From assembly GCA_040218735.1 (NCBI GenBank), contig JAVJQW010000042.1:128001-192000 (forward strand): a DNA stretch of 64,000 bases, written 5' to 3'. A program made the translations under genes and the position numbers. This document shows, piece by piece, positions 62,211 to 64,000 of this stretch. Source of the DNA: Deltaproteobacteria bacterium (GTDB lineage: Bacteria; Myxococcota; Kuafuiibacteriia; Kuafuiibacteriales; Kuafuiibacteriaceae). Positions within the stretch are counted from its first letter, which is position 1, and each line of letters starts with the position of its first letter. The notes beneath the pieces are model-generated. The model was not told the DNA's origin. It saw nothing but the letters and a program-made list of their open reading frames with translations, and ran no database searches.

Positions 62211-62266
62211 AGCGCTACGCCGAGAAAAGTCTCACCACGAATCGCGCGCGCGGTGTATCGAGCGCC

Positions 62267-63181
62267 ATGCGCCGCTGGATCCTGCTGCCTCTGATCGTCT
62301 CGGCGTGCGGGCGCCTGGAGCCGATTGCGCTGCGCGGCGTCGCGAGCGAGGCCGACGCCGGCGTCACCAACCCACAGACCGACGCCGGCTTCGGACGCGA
62401 CGCTTCGGTTTTCGTTCGTGACGCCGGACCGCAGATCGATCCGGAGCGCACCGTCGTCGGGCGCGCGCTCGGCTGCAACCTCGGCGAGGAAGAGCAGGTC
62501 CAGGCGGCGATCCGCGTCGCCGCCTGTCAGGACGAAGACGTCCGCGCCACCGCCGTCACGTACATCGAAGCGTTCGACAGCGGGCTGTTCGGCACGTTCG
62601 TCCCGTACATCGAAGGCCTCGCAGGTTTCGAGATGCGTCAGGGGTGCGCGTACTGGCGATGTGCGGCGAGCGCCCAAACCTGCGACGCGCTCGAAGCCTG
62701 CGCGACGCCCCTCCCCGGACGCTGCCGCATGGACCAACGCTTCGAGACCCGCTGCGTCGGCACCGAGCTCGCGCGCTGCGAGTTCGGCGAGCTCGAGCGC
62801 GTGGTCGACTGCGCGGACTTCGGCGCGCAGTGCATCGATGGTGCGTGCCAGCGCGAGCGGTGCCGGTTCGGTGACTTCGAGACCATCGCGGAACCGACGT
62901 GCTCCGACGACGGCACCCGACTCGTCATCTGCCCGGGCCAGCTCGAGATGGCGTGTGAAGACTTCCGCCCCGGCTCCGCGTGTCGCAGCTTCTACGTCGG
63001 CGGCGAAGCGCCAGTGTCGTGGTGCAGCCCGACGCAGGAGGGGGTCGCGGGCGCCTACGAGGTCCCCGGCGAGTGCTCCCGCGGGACCTTCTCCTACGCG
63101 CCGGCGACCCGACCGCCGGGCGCCTACGCCTGCCTCGAAGCGGGCTACGACGGCTGTGATGAACGCAGCTGCGTCCCGTAG
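62267..63181 (+). CDS. Cys-rich lipoprotein
   Basis: MRRWILLPLIVSAC; DAG linker; many Cys repeats. Confidence 0.75.
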   Translation: MRRWILLPLIVSACGRLEPIALRGVASEADAGVTNPQTDAGFGRDASVFVRDAGPQIDPERTVVGRALGCNLGEEEQVQAAIRVAACQDEDVRATAVTYIEAFDSGLFGTFVPYIEGLAGFEMRQGCAYWRCAASAQTCDALEACATPLPGRCRMDQRFETRCVGTELARCEFGELERVVDCADFGAQCIDGACQRERCRFGDFETIAEPTCSDDGTRLVICPGQLEMACEDFRPGSACRSFYVGGEAPVSWCSPTQEGVAGAYEVPGECSRGTFSYAPATRPPGAYACLEAGYDGCDERSCVP

Positions 63182-63229
63182 CCCACGATTCGATCGACAA
63201 CGCGCCCCTGGCTCGCTAGATCCCCAGCC

Positions 63230-63409
63230 GTGAGCGAACGCGAACCCGCGCCGGAAGAGATCCCGGACGAAGACGTCGGCCCGTACGGCCTTCGCGGCAA
63301 ACACACGCCTCCGCTCCACCGCATGTTCGGCGGCTACGGCATCATCTTCGGCGCCGTCATCCTCCTGCCGCTCGTCCTCTTCGTCCTCATCCGGTTCGTC
63401 ATCCTCTGA
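63230..63409 (+). CDS. Small 59-aa membrane protein
   Basis: GTG...TGA reading MSEREPAPEE...GYGIIFGAVILLPLVLFVLIRFVIL; strong G/C third positions; not in the ORF track. Confidence 0.6.
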   Translation: MSEREPAPEEIPDEDVGPYGLRGKHTPPLHRMFGGYGIIFGAVILLPLVLFVLIRFVIL

Positions 63410-63432
63410 ACGAACGAAGACGCGCGGCGCGT

Positions 63433-64000
63433 TCAGTCGAGCGCGCGTCCCAACGTCGTGAAGATCGTTCGCCACGGCTCCGACAGCGCCCGGGCGTCGC
63501 GTTCGATGGTCGCTTCGTCGCCGCGGACGAAGGGCCCGGTGCGTCCCGCGGCACCGAGTCTTTGCACGTTGTCCAACGCGGCCTCCGCCAGCGGCCACAA
63601 CCCACGGCCCGGGAGCTCGACGCCGGCCGCGGCGAGCTGCGCTTCGGCCCCGAGCCAGAGCGTCGCCGCGTGCCCCGCCGTGAGCACCGCGGCTGCGTGA
63701 TAGAGCGCCTTGTGCTCCGGCGCGAGCTCGAACGGTGCGAAGCCGATCGCCTCGAAGGCGTCGACGAGGAACTGCGGCGGCGCACCGGTGAGCGCGAGCG
63801 GCGTCCCCGTCCAGTCGCGCGCCTCGCCGTCGAAGCTGTTGAGCGGGTGCATGCACGGCACACCCGGCACGTTCAGCGATCCCGAAAGGTGCACGCAGCG
63901 GCCCGCGAACGGCGCGGCCGTCGATGTGATCGCGTGGTCCGGGACCGCGAGCACGACCCAGCCCTCGGGCCGCGCCGTGTGCGGGTGATTGTCGACGCCC
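63433..64000 (-). CDS. Rossmann-like/DUF2520-type oxidoreductase, 5' end beyond window
   Basis: LAVPD, VHLSGS, MHPL, YHAAAV, TGPFVRGD motifs. Confidence 0.8.
   Translation of the reverse strand, partial: GVDNHPHTARPEGWVVLAVPDHAITSTAAPFAGRCVHLSGSLNVPGVPCMHPLNSFDGEARDWTGTPLALTGAPPQFLVDAFEAIGFAPFELAPEHKALYHAAAVLTAGHAATLWLGAEAQLAAAGVELPGRGLWPLAEAALDNVQRLGAAGRTGPFVRGDEATIERDARALSEPWRTIFTTLGRALD

Noticed and set aside
62147-63856. N-terminal 570-aa extension of the 1358-aa ORF (apparent topoisomerase fusion)
   Set aside because: It is the antisense shadow of plus-strand genes; the Toprim motif begins at GTG 62146.

Overview
High-GC, gene-dense chromosomal window whose gene content looks like Myxococcota (several Hanks-type Ser/Thr kinases, an FHA/sigma-54 activator, an ECF sigma factor, many Cys-rich lipoproteins); the taxonomy is inferred. 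The left 20 kb holds two biosynthetic blocks. The first is an AsnB-like amidotransferase, a stand-alone adenylation enzyme and an aminoacyl-carrier-type acyl-CoA dehydrogenase. The second is a FAAL, ACP, soluble acyl-ACP desaturase and single-module PKS (KS-AT-ACP-KR-DH with a C-terminal PLP oxoamine synthase), which could make a sphingoid-like or alkyl-pyrroline lipid. The rest holds a heme-c/DUF1501-like operon, pssA, an M16 peptidase pair, a kinase-FHA/EBP-kinase module followed by a sigma-54 promoter, an orphan HcrB-like FAD subunit, a CatA-like acetyltransferase, an Lnt-like/C39-like fusion with both active sites degenerate, an ECF/anti-sigma/FG-GAP operon and topB. The most striking non-gene signal is 14 copies of a 13-bp motif at an exact 42-bp period inside the putative anti-sigma gene (57292-57850), apparently conserved at the DNA level, with a lone copy upstream of topB. 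I found no rRNA, tRNA, CRISPR array or mobile element. All calls come from reading motifs by eye; no searches were run.
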